The notes under the pieces were generated by a model that saw only the letters and a list, made by a program, of their open reading frames with translations, made no database searches and had not been told where the DNA came from. Shown here in pieces: positions 38,613 through 46,869 of a DNA stretch of 64,000 nucleotides. The position numbers were made by a program, and so were the translations under genes. The number at the start of each line of letters is the position of its first letter. The first letter of the stretch is position 1. Source of the DNA: a bacterium (lineage in GTDB: Bacteria; Patescibacteriota; Minisyncoccia; Phycocordibacterales; UBA5272); NCBI GenBank assembly GCA_023267535.1, contig JAHFNC010000003.1:75653-139652 (forward strand), in the 5' to 3' direction.

Positions 38613-40427
38613 ATGGGAGCATTCGATTTTTTAAATTCAAAAAAAGATTCACCGATACAGCCAGTTTTACCTGAGCAAGTTTATCAAGTGGCAGAAATGC
38701 AACTGAAAGACATCATCGCGCCATCAGCACTCGGCATTCAACCAAAGATGCTGTCACTCGGGACAAGCGTTCTTCGTTCATACTTTGTAATTTCCTATCC
38801 AAGATTTTTAAATGATGGGTGGCTTAGTCCAATAATAAACTTAGATAAAGTTTTTGATATTTCTTTACAAGTTATTCCTCTTGATACTTCAAAGGTAATG
38901 AAGGATTTTCAAAGAAAGGTGGCTGAGGTAGAAAGTCAAATAATGAATCGTGAAGAGAAGGGGATGGTTCGTGACCCATCACTTGATGTGGCTTACAAAG
39001 ATTTGGAAGATTTGCGTGATGGACTAATACAAGCTCAAGAAAAAATGTTTGATGTTTCTTTATACTTTTCTATTTACGGAGAAAATGAGGACGAAATAAA
39101 TAAAGCAGAAAATGAAATCAGAACAATATTAGAAAGTAGAATGGTTTATGTAAAGCCAGCACTCTTCCAACAAGATGACGCTTTCTTAAGTATTATTCCT
39201 CTACAAACAGATGTTCTTCAAATAAAAAATAAAATGAATACTTCTCCTTTGTCTTCATTTTTTCCATTCGTATCTTTTGATCTATCAAGTGATAGAGGGA
39301 TTCTTTATGGAATAAATCGCCACAATGGAAGTTTGGTTTTGTTTGATAGATTTTCTCTTGAAAACTACAATTCTATAATTTTTGCCAAATCTGGATCTGG
39401 AAAAAGTTATGCTACTAAGCTTGAAATACTAAGGACACTGATGTTTGATACCGAAGTTATTATCATTGACCCAGAAAAAGAATATGAATATCTAGCTGAA
39501 TCCGTAGGTGGAAGGTATTTTGATATTTCTTTAACTAGCGAACACCATATAAATCCTTTCGACCTTCCACATCCAACCGAAGAAGAATCACCGTCTGAAA
39601 TTTTGCGTTCAAATATTGTAAATTTAGTGGGACTATTCCGTGTAATGCTTGGAGGCCTCACTCCAGAAGAAGATGCCATCATTGATCAAGCGTTATCTGA
39701 AACTTACGCCCTAAAAGATATCTCAGGCGACACTGATTTTACAAATATGGAACCACCGCTATTATCAGATTTTGAAACAGTGCTAGCTGGAATTGATGGC
39801 TCAGAAGATTTGCAACAAAAACTTTCAAAATATACCAAAGGAACTTGGGCTGGATTCATTAATCAACCTTCAAATGTTGATATCAACAAAAAATTAGTTT
39901 GTTTTTCTATTCGTGATATGGAAGATGAGCTAAAAGCAGTAGCAATGTATATCATTACTCACTATATATGGAATGCTATTAGAAAAAATATTAAGAGAAG
40001 ATTACTCGTAGTGGATGAGGCCTGGATTATGATGAAAAATGACGACACGGCCTCATTCTTATTTGGTTTAGCAAAAAGAGGACGAAAATATTATTTGGGA
40101 TTGGCAACTATTACTCAAGATGTGGGAGACTTCCTCAAATCTCCATACGGATTACCGATTATTACTAACTCTTCTATTCAAGTGTTACTTAAACAGTCGC
40201 CATCGTCCATTGACCAAATACAGCAAATATTTAGTTTAACCGATGAAGAAAAATTTTTACTGTTGGAATCAAATGTTGGGGAGGGTATATTCTTTGCTGG
40301 ATTAAAACACGTAGCCATAAAAATAGTGGCCTCTTACACGGAGGACCAAATCATCACCAGTGACCCATCTCAATTACTTAAGATAAAAGAGATGAAGGAA
40401 GAAATAAAAGAGGCAAAAACCGTATGA
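38613..40427 (+). CDS. VirB4/TrbE/TraC-family type IV secretion ATPase (CagE_TrbE_VirB plus ATPase domains)
   Basis: 604 aa. N-terminal region YFVISYPRFLNDGWLSPIIN, Walker A IFAKSGSGKSYATK, Walker B LLVVDEAWIMM and the C-terminal GLATITQD motif. Confidence 0.75.
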   Translation: MGAFDFLNSKKDSPIQPVLPEQVYQVAEMQLKDIIAPSALGIQPKMLSLGTSVLRSYFVISYPRFLNDGWLSPIINLDKVFDISLQVIPLDTSKVMKDFQRKVAEVESQIMNREEKGMVRDPSLDVAYKDLEDLRDGLIQAQEKMFDVSLYFSIYGENEDEINKAENEIRTILESRMVYVKPALFQQDDAFLSIIPLQTDVLQIKNKMNTSPLSSFFPFVSFDLSSDRGILYGINRHNGSLVLFDRFSLENYNSIIFAKSGSGKSYATKLEILRTLMFDTEVIIIDPEKEYEYLAESVGGRYFDISLTSEHHINPFDLPHPTEEESPSEILRSNIVNLVGLFRVMLGGLTPEEDAIIDQALSETYALKDISGDTDFTNMEPPLLSDFETVLAGIDGSEDLQQKLSKYTKGTWAGFINQPSNVDINKKLVCFSIRDMEDELKAVAMYIITHYIWNAIRKNIKRRLLVVDEAWIMMKNDDTASFLFGLAKRGRKYYLGLATITQDVGDFLKSPYGLPIITNSSIQVLLKQSPSSIDQIQQIFSLTDEEKFLLLESNVGEGIFFAGLKHVAIKIVASYTEDQIITSDPSQLLKIKEMKEEIKEAKTV

Positions 40428-41638
40428 TGAAGAAAATTCTTAATTTTTTTATTAACGACGTAGAGCGAGAGCAGTGGAAAAGTAATCTTTTTATCTTCCG
40501 AGTCGAGGTGAGAAGCGACCAAAGAAGCTTCGCAAGATTCGGAGGCAGGCGTGCCGAGAATGGGGTCGGCAAAAATTTTTTGCTAAAAATTATTTGTGAC
40601 TTAAAAAGAATTGCAATACCGCGGAGTCTGCTCTCTATTTGTACAAGCAAATCGAGTTCTATTAAACACCTCGTCAACTTGCTGCGAATATCCTTTATTT
40701 TATTTATTATTTTAACTCCTGTAACTCACGCCGAATTTACAGGCACTATTAATATAGATCCACCAAACCCAAGCACTTATCAAGCGGTAACTGCTACTCT
40801 ACAAAGTTTTAGTTTTAATGTTGATAATTCTCTTATTACTTGGTATCTAGATAATAAACTTATTGTTTCAGAAATTGGTAAAAAACAAATTTCTTTGACA
40901 ACAAAAGGAATAGGGCAAACAACCACAATAAAAGTACAAGCTAAAATGGCAGATGGAAATGTTTTTGAAGCCTCAATGACACTTGCTCCTCAGTCAGTTG
41001 ATTTATCTTGGGAGGCTACCGAAGGATATGTTCCACCTTTTTATGAAGGTAAGGCTATGCCGGGGGAATCATCTCAGATAAAGGTGGTGGCTGTTCCCTC
41101 TTTTTCTTCAAGTGGAAAACCGATAGCTCCGGAGAATCTTTCTTATGAGTGGTTTGTAGATGATGGAAAATTAGAAGATCAGTCAGGGCGCGGGAAAAAC
41201 GTAGCTTTTTTAAATCTTGATTACTTATCAAATGATAATGTCATCAGAGTTGATGTAACCTCTGACGATGGTTCAACTGCTGAAAACACAGTGACGATAT
41301 CTCCTTATAAACTTGATCCAATATTTTATTTTAATGACCCAATACTTGGTCCCGACTTTAGTAAAGCCATTGAAGACAGATTTGAAACCACAAAAGAGTT
41401 TTCACTGGCTCTTGTTCCTTATGGTTTGTCATCCTCTAATAACATTAAAGATTACTCTTCTTTTTCTTGGTCGCTGGATGGATTACCTATTGATACTCCA
41501 GCTGATAATGTTTTATCATTAAGACCAACAGATAATAGCTATGGATCGAAATCATTATCGGTTAATATAGAAAACACAAAAAGAATGTTACAGAAGGGAG
41601 TTGCATCTTTGCAAATAGTGTTTGATACTAGAAACTAA
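40424..41638 (+). CDS. hypothetical secreted/anchored beta-rich protein (start uncertain; alternative TTG near 40679 gives a clean signal peptide)
   Basis: The ATGA overlap with the virB4 stop suggests translational coupling. The first ~85 codons overlie repeat family B. The hydrophobic segment LLRISFILFIILTPVTHA is followed by a ~300 aa soluble domain. Confidence 0.45.
   Translation: MMKKILNFFINDVEREQWKSNLFIFRVEVRSDQRSFARFGGRRAENGVGKNFLLKIICDLKRIAIPRSLLSICTSKSSSIKHLVNLLRISFILFIILTPVTHAEFTGTINIDPPNPSTYQAVTATLQSFSFNVDNSLITWYLDNKLIVSEIGKKQISLTTKGIGQTTTIKVQAKMADGNVFEASMTLAPQSVDLSWEATEGYVPPFYEGKAMPGESSQIKVVAVPSFSSSGKPIAPENLSYEWFVDDGKLEDQSGRGKNVAFLNLDYLSNDNVIRVDVTSDDGSTAENTVTISPYKLDPIFYFNDPILGPDFSKAIEDRFETTKEFSLALVPYGLSSSNNIKDYSSFSWSLDGLPIDTPADNVLSLRPTDNSYGSKSLSVNIENTKRMLQKGVASLQIVFDTRN
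40449..40696. repeat. repeat family B, long copy (short copy at 48238-48303), carrying a ~190-nt insert that includes family-A-like words (GAAGCGACCAAAG, GCTTCGC)
   Basis: TTATTAACGACGTAGAGCGAGAGCAG ... CTCGTCAACTTGCTGCGA matches TTATTAACGATGTAAAGCGAGAGAAG ... CTCGTCAGCTTGCTGTGA at 48238. Confidence 0.45.
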
Positions 41639-42566
41639 TATGGCTACATACCAATTACTTGAACCATCATTACCAGCAACCGTTGGAACTGGCGCCAACC
41701 TATCTTTTAACACAGCGGGTGTTAATTCTGTCTCTGGTGCTTTTTCATTATTATTCAGTATTGGAATTATTGCTTGCTTAATAGCTTCAGGTGGAGTTTT
41801 TTTATTTTCCGGATTTCTTAGACTAACAGCTACGGGGCCGGGGGATGTTGGTAAATCAAACGAAGGATTAAAGAGGGCGTCATATGGACTAATTGGAGTT
41901 CTATTAATGTATTTAATATTAAATGAAATAAATCCAAATTTATTAAAAGACGGAATAGTGTTGCCAGCAATAACTGGCTTCGGTGGAACAGTTCAAACAA
42001 ATCCGGCAAATACAAATAGTGGTGGTGTTAGTGCTAAAAATCTCCAACTATATCAAGAAATGGCAATTACTGAGAATGGCGTCCGAAATGCATTAAGTGG
42101 TGTTGGCATTCAAATTAATAGACCAAATGCCTGTGTGACAAATGGAACTAATGGTCCTCAAACAGTTGCTTCCGGTTGCACTAGTGTCGGAGGAATGAGT
42201 GGTAGTATGGTAAATGACTTAATTTTGTTAAATGCTCAGTGTAAGACCTTTATGAAAACAGATTGTCATATAGTAATAACAGGGGGGACAGAGTGGTGGT
42301 TACATGGTGGAGGAGTGGTTGATGTTGATACAAATAAATCATTACATAAACCTGCCTCTGCTGGAGGACATGCGGTAGATTTTAGTATGGGAGCCAATAA
42401 AACTACTGACCCTTTATATTTATTTGTAACTACAAATAGAGCAAACTTTACACCCCTTCCTTCAGACAACTGTTGTTCTTCTAAATATCAGTACGGACGT
42501 GGTTATATTTTTTGTGATGAACTCCCAAGCTGTGGTGGCACTGGCGCACACTGGCATGTTCAGTAA
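41622..42566 (+). CDS. membrane protein with pilin-like double-TM N-terminus and C-terminal putative Zn-peptidase-like (M23/LytM-like) domain. Candidate T4SS cell-wall hydrolase
   Basis: The N-terminus has two hydrophobic helices (LLFSIGIIACLIASGGVFLF; YGLIGVLLMYLILN) like VirB2/TrbC pilins. The C-terminus has GGHAVDF and the terminal CGGTGAHWHV, which resembles the M23 GxTGxHLHFE motif seen in the LysM-M23 gene of this window. Confidence 0.35.
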   Translation: MILETNMATYQLLEPSLPATVGTGANLSFNTAGVNSVSGAFSLLFSIGIIACLIASGGVFLFSGFLRLTATGPGDVGKSNEGLKRASYGLIGVLLMYLILNEINPNLLKDGIVLPAITGFGGTVQTNPANTNSGGVSAKNLQLYQEMAITENGVRNALSGVGIQINRPNACVTNGTNGPQTVASGCTSVGGMSGSMVNDLILLNAQCKTFMKTDCHIVITGGTEWWLHGGGVVDVDTNKSLHKPASAGGHAVDFSMGANKTTDPLYLFVTTNRANFTPLPSDNCCSSKYQYGRGYIFCDELPSCGGTGAHWHVQ

Positions 42567-42598
42567 ATATTAATATTGTATTGTATAATTAATTAATA

Positions 42599-43900
42599 AT
42601 GAATCGTCGGCTTTTTATAATTTTATTTGCGGTTGCCTCTATAATAGGAGTATCTATTATAGTTTGGTACTTCTTTTTCAAGACAAATACCGGTAGCTTA
42701 CTTTTTGGAACACCAACCAATCCGTTTGGTAAAACTCCACCATCACTTCGTGGTTCAGAATTTGTTAATGGAAATAACGGTTACGGTACAAGCTCTCAAA
42801 CAGAAAGAACTCTCGGCGCTGACAGAACGTTAGTAAAAGTTTGGGATAGACCCACTGCTGGATTTTCTTTTATAGAAAAAGAATTTATAACAACTTCTAC
42901 AACAACTGATAAACAAGGGAAGGTGATAACTGTTCAGAAAAAAGCGACTTCAACGGAAATGCTTTTCGCCGACAGAACTACTGGTTATATTTATGACTAC
43001 GATATAAAAAATCAGAATATATATCAAATAACTAATACTCTAACTGCCGGAATATATGATATTTATTTTTTCAATAATGGAAAGTCAGCCATTATCCGCT
43101 ATTTAAGCGATGATAAAAAAACAATCATCTCTAATCTAGTTCAAATACCAACAGTCTCAGCAAGCAGTTCTCCACAAGAAATAAAAACAAATGTTTATTT
43201 ACCAAATAATATTATTTCTATCACTCCAAATTATAATTCCACTGAACTTTCTTATTTAGTAAAAACAAGTAGTGGTAGTAATTTATATACCCTAACAACT
43301 AAAGGTTCTAAACTAATAAAATCTTTTCAGTTATCAGAATTAAATGTTCTGTATGATAAAAATAATTTGTATGTTTATAACAAGCCTTCAATTTATGCTC
43401 TCGGATTTTTGTATGATGTTAAAAATAATGAAAATATATTAAGTAAAACTGTGGCCTTATCTCCGCTTGTCTCGCACAACGGTCAAAATGTTATGGGAAG
43501 TTTTTGGTCAGAGTCTAGTTCTAATAATTTTATGTTTAATAAAAGTACCGCTTCAATGAGAAGTCTCTCTATTTACACCCCAGAGGAAAAATGTGTCTGG
43601 AATAACAAAGATACTTTTGTATTATGTGGAGTAACTCCGGTTATTTTCAACAAAAAAGAAGGACTTCCTGATGATTGGTATAAGGGGCGAGTTTCTTTTG
43701 ATGATAGTATTTATATGATTGATAATGTTGGCAAAAGAGAATACGACTTCTTTGATTTTACAGCTGAGACAAGTGACAAAATAGATTTAACTAAACCAAA
43801 GATATCAAACAATGATGAACTTCTGGGATTTATAAATAAGAAGGATGGTTCGTTCTGGATGTTTAAAGTGAAGAAAACTTTAGATAATGTTTACGATTAA
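42599..43900 (+). CDS. hypothetical membrane-anchored extracytoplasmic protein (last gene of T4SS-like locus)
   Basis: 433 aa. N-terminal TM (LFIILFAVASIIGVSIIVWYFFF), beta-rich ectodomain. Confidence 0.5.
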   Translation: MNRRLFIILFAVASIIGVSIIVWYFFFKTNTGSLLFGTPTNPFGKTPPSLRGSEFVNGNNGYGTSSQTERTLGADRTLVKVWDRPTAGFSFIEKEFITTSTTTDKQGKVITVQKKATSTEMLFADRTTGYIYDYDIKNQNIYQITNTLTAGIYDIYFFNNGKSAIIRYLSDDKKTIISNLVQIPTVSASSSPQEIKTNVYLPNNIISITPNYNSTELSYLVKTSSGSNLYTLTTKGSKLIKSFQLSELNVLYDKNNLYVYNKPSIYALGFLYDVKNNENILSKTVALSPLVSHNGQNVMGSFWSESSSNNFMFNKSTASMRSLSIYTPEEKCVWNNKDTFVLCGVTPVIFNKKEGLPDDWYKGRVSFDDSIYMIDNVGKREYDFFDFTAETSDKIDLTKPKISNNDELLGFINKKDGSFWMFKVKKTLDNVYD

Positions 43901-44617
43901 TTAAGCTCTGTTTAAATTTTTAATATGACTCTTAATATAAACATCTTGTAAGAAAGTAATAATATTATTTGTTACCCAATAAAGTCCTAAAGCAGCTGGA
44001 AGTGCTGTCGCTGATAATCCAACAACTACAGGTAACACATAAAGTAATTGTATTCTCATTGATTTCATAAAATGATCTTGGAAGGATTCATCTCCTCCCT
44101 TCTTGGCGCTCATTGATTGAGTTTGTCTTCTAGCTAAGAAAAAAGATGAGAGTCCAGTTATAATTCCAATGACTAGACTTCTTTTAGTAACATCCAGTAG
44201 ACCAAAAGCCTCCGTGTGTAATACGGCAGGAAAGGTTACAAAATTATAAATTGAGTTAGGGTCATTAAACATTCCTTTAGAAAAAACGAAGTACAGAGCA
44301 AAAAATATTGGGATTTGAATAATCATTACAAATAATGATGATAATGGATTAATTTTTTCTCTCTTGTAAACTTCCATTATTTTAAGGGACAATTCTTGTT
44401 GATTGTGTTTATGATTTTCCTTTAGAACTTTTATTTCTTCATCTAATGCCTTCATTAAATACTGGCTCTTTGTTGCTCTTAGGTTTAAAGGAAGTAGTAC
44501 GAGCTTCACAACCACTGTAACCATAATAATAGAGGCCCCAATGTCGTGCAGGGGAATTATATTTAAAAATATAACTAGCAGATTATATATTGGTTTGTAG
44601 AAAATAAGATGAAACAT
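43901..44617 (-). CDS. yidC: membrane protein insertase YidC (short Oxa1-like form)
   Basis: 238 aa, five TM segments and a charged C-terminal tail. Sits in the conserved rpmH-rnpA-yidC arrangement. Confidence 0.8.
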   Translation of the reverse strand: MFHLIFYKPIYNLLVIFLNIIPLHDIGASIIMVTVVVKLVLLPLNLRATKSQYLMKALDEEIKVLKENHKHNQQELSLKIMEVYKREKINPLSSLFVMIIQIPIFFALYFVFSKGMFNDPNSIYNFVTFPAVLHTEAFGLLDVTKRSLVIGIITGLSSFFLARRQTQSMSAKKGGDESFQDHFMKSMRIQLLYVLPVVVGLSATALPAALGLYWVTNNIITFLQDVYIKSHIKNLNRA

Positions 44618-44618
44618 A

Positions 44619-44933
44619 TTATAAAATATTTTTTAACTCACTATTCAGATTATCATATTTGGTGTATAAAACCTCTCTTTTTGGATAAATTATATAGAAA
44701 TTCGGTTTAAGTTCATTTTTATGTTCCATAAACAAATTATAGATTTTCCTCTTCATTTTATTTCTGTCTACCGCTCTTTTAGCCGTTTTTTTGGAAACCA
44801 CACAAGAAACCTTAAAAGAAGGTAACCCTTCTTTTTCAATAATAGAAATATCAAAAAAAGACCCTCTTATAATCTTTTTTTTAGATATTAAAGAGAAATC
44901 CTTCTTAGAAAGCCGATTTTTCTTTGGTGGCAT
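44619..44933 (-). CDS. rnpA: ribonuclease P protein component
   Basis: 104 aa. Basic N-terminus MPPKKNRLSKKDF and the RNR-like motif (AKRAVDRNKMKRKI). Confidence 0.8.
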   Translation of the reverse strand: MPPKKNRLSKKDFSLISKKKIIRGSFFDISIIEKEGLPSFKVSCVVSKKTAKRAVDRNKMKRKIYNLFMEHKNELKPNFYIIYPKREVLYTKYDNLNSELKNIL

Positions 44934-44936
44934 AGA

Positions 44937-45071
44937 TTATACCGATAATTTCTTTCTTCCTCTACTTCTTCTATTAGCAATTATCTTTTTTCCAGATTTA
45001 GTTGACATACGAACTAAAAATCCGTGTGTTGTTCCTCTCTTTTTTCTTTTAGGTTGATATGTTTGTGACAT
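44937..45071 (-). CDS. rpmH: 50S ribosomal protein L34
   Basis: Minus-strand translation gives MSQTYQPKRKKRGTTHGFLVRMSTKSGKKIIANRRSRGRKKLSV (44 aa). Not in the ORF track because it is under 60 aa. The plus-strand ORF 44791-45057 is its antisense. Confidence 0.85.
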   Translation of the reverse strand: MSQTYQPKRKKRGTTHGFLVRMSTKSGKKIIANRRSRGRKKLSV

Positions 45072-45201
45072 AAACGATATTCTATATCATAAAGACATAT
45101 AAATCAACTTCTGTTTTTTATGTGTCTTTAAGTAATTTAACCCTATTACTACTTAAATGTCTCATGTCTAGTTGAAGAGTTTTGGGGGAGGAGTATACTA
45201 G

Positions 45202-46545
45202 ATGACTATGGATTACCAACAACTTTGGAGTACAGCTTTATCTCAGATAGAAATTGAATTATCTAGGGTCAATTTTAATACTTGGTTCAAAAATACAAAA
45301 ATAATTGACTATAAAGAGGGAGAGGTGGTGATTGGCGTTCCGAATGAATTTGTTAAAGATTGGTTAAATCAAAAATATCATAAATTTATTTTAAGAATAC
45401 TTAGAACAGTTTATGACGGCGTCCGATCAATAAGCTTTTCTGTTGTTAAATTAGAAACACTTAATAAAAAAGTTCAGAACATCACTATCCCCGGACAAAC
45501 TCTTCCACTTAATGATTTATATATTAATAAAGACGACGGATTAAATCCAAGATACACCTTTGATAATTTTATTGTTGGATCTTTCAACGATGTAGCGTTT
45601 GCCGCTTCACAAGCAATAATAAATAATTTAGGCATTCTTTATAATCCATTATTTATTTATGGAAACACTGGGCTTGGAAAAACTCACTTGATACAAGCGG
45701 TTGGAAATACTGTTAAGAAAAAATATCCAGATAGAAAAATTTTTTATACATCTCTTGAAAAGTTTTATATGGATTATGTTAATGCTACTAATTTAAATAA
45801 AATAAATAGTTTCAAAGAAAAGTATAGAAAATATGATGTTTTTATAATGGATGACATACAATTCATAAATGGAAAAGAGAGAACTCAAGATGAATTATTC
45901 CATTTATTTAATTCATTATATGAGATGAATAAACAAATAATCTTTTCGTCAGATAAACATCCTAATTTTATTATTGGTTTGGAAGATAGATTAAGATCTC
46001 GTTTTAATCAAGGAATGATAATTGATGTTAATATTCCTTCTTTTGAATCTCGTTTTGCTATTTTAAAATCAAAAACAAAAGATTTCTCAGATAAGATTAC
46101 AGATGAGGTTTTGGAATATGTTGCTGAAAATGTTCAAGGAAATATTCGTGAGCTTGAGGGTGTTACAAATTCTTTAATTGCTAGTATTCAATTAAAACAA
46201 CAAGTTTTGTCATTACAAGAAATAAAAACTCTTCTAAAGAATAATATTAAAATAAAGAAAAATGTTTCTGTTCCTGAGATAGTTAAAATAATTTCTGATT
46301 ATTATAATATTCCCGATTCTTATGTTTATAATAAAACTAGAAGAAAAGATGTTGTTAAGCCTCGTCAAATAGTAATGTATATCTTGCGAGAAGATTTTGA
46401 TATTTCTTATCCAGTAATTGGAGATAGATTAGGGGGGAGAGATCACACCACCGTTATTCACTCTTATGAAAAAATAAAAGAATGTCTTAAAAAAGACCCT
46501 CATCTAAATAAGGAGATTGAGGATATTAGAGCAATTCTTTCATAA
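45202..46545 (+). CDS. dnaA: chromosomal replication initiator protein DnaA
   Basis: Walker A GNTGLGKTHL, sensor motifs and the C-terminal DNA-binding signature VIGDRLGGRDHTTVIHSYEKI. Confidence 0.92.
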   Translation: MTMDYQQLWSTALSQIEIELSRVNFNTWFKNTKIIDYKEGEVVIGVPNEFVKDWLNQKYHKFILRILRTVYDGVRSISFSVVKLETLNKKVQNITIPGQTLPLNDLYINKDDGLNPRYTFDNFIVGSFNDVAFAASQAIINNLGILYNPLFIYGNTGLGKTHLIQAVGNTVKKKYPDRKIFYTSLEKFYMDYVNATNLNKINSFKEKYRKYDVFIMDDIQFINGKERTQDELFHLFNSLYEMNKQIIFSSDKHPNFIIGLEDRLRSRFNQGMIIDVNIPSFESRFAILKSKTKDFSDKITDEVLEYVAENVQGNIRELEGVTNSLIASIQLKQQVLSLQEIKTLLKNNIKIKKNVSVPEIVKIISDYYNIPDSYVYNKTRRKDVVKPRQIVMYILREDFDISYPVIGDRLGGRDHTTVIHSYEKIKECLKKDPHLNKEIEDIRAILS

Positions 46546-46869
46546 TTAAAAGCACTAAAAATAAAATTTAGTGCTTTTAATTTGTTTTACATATGTGAAT
46601 TACTTGTTAAGAACTATGTTGATAAGTTTAAATATAGCTGTTAATAATCCTAGATTAGTTTAGTGGTAATTTTTAAAGTCTGTATTTTTGTACACAAACC
46701 TAATTAAACTTTTAGTTATTAAATAAAATGGTTTCTAAATAAAACCTTATATAGTAAAGACTTTTTAGCTATCAACACTATTAACACTCTTATCATTATT
46801 ATCATATTTTATATATAGTAATAAGAGAAAAATGTGAGGATAAAAGATTTGTAGTATAATTTATGAACT
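46546..46869. other. candidate oriC (AT-rich dnaA-dnaN spacer with degenerate DnaA-box-like 9-mers)
   Basis: 324 bp, AT-rich by eye. TGTGAATTA (46594), TTATCAACA on the complement (46617-46626), TATCAACAC (46770) and TGTGAGGATAA (46833). An AT-run (TCATATTTTATATATAGTAATAAG) could act as the unwinding element. Sits in the conserved rpmH-dnaA-dnaN context. Confidence 0.5.

Noticed and set aside
44791-45057. 88-aa plus-strand ORF
   Set aside because: Overlaps rnpA and is antisense to the clear rpmH (L34) reading frame. Spurious.
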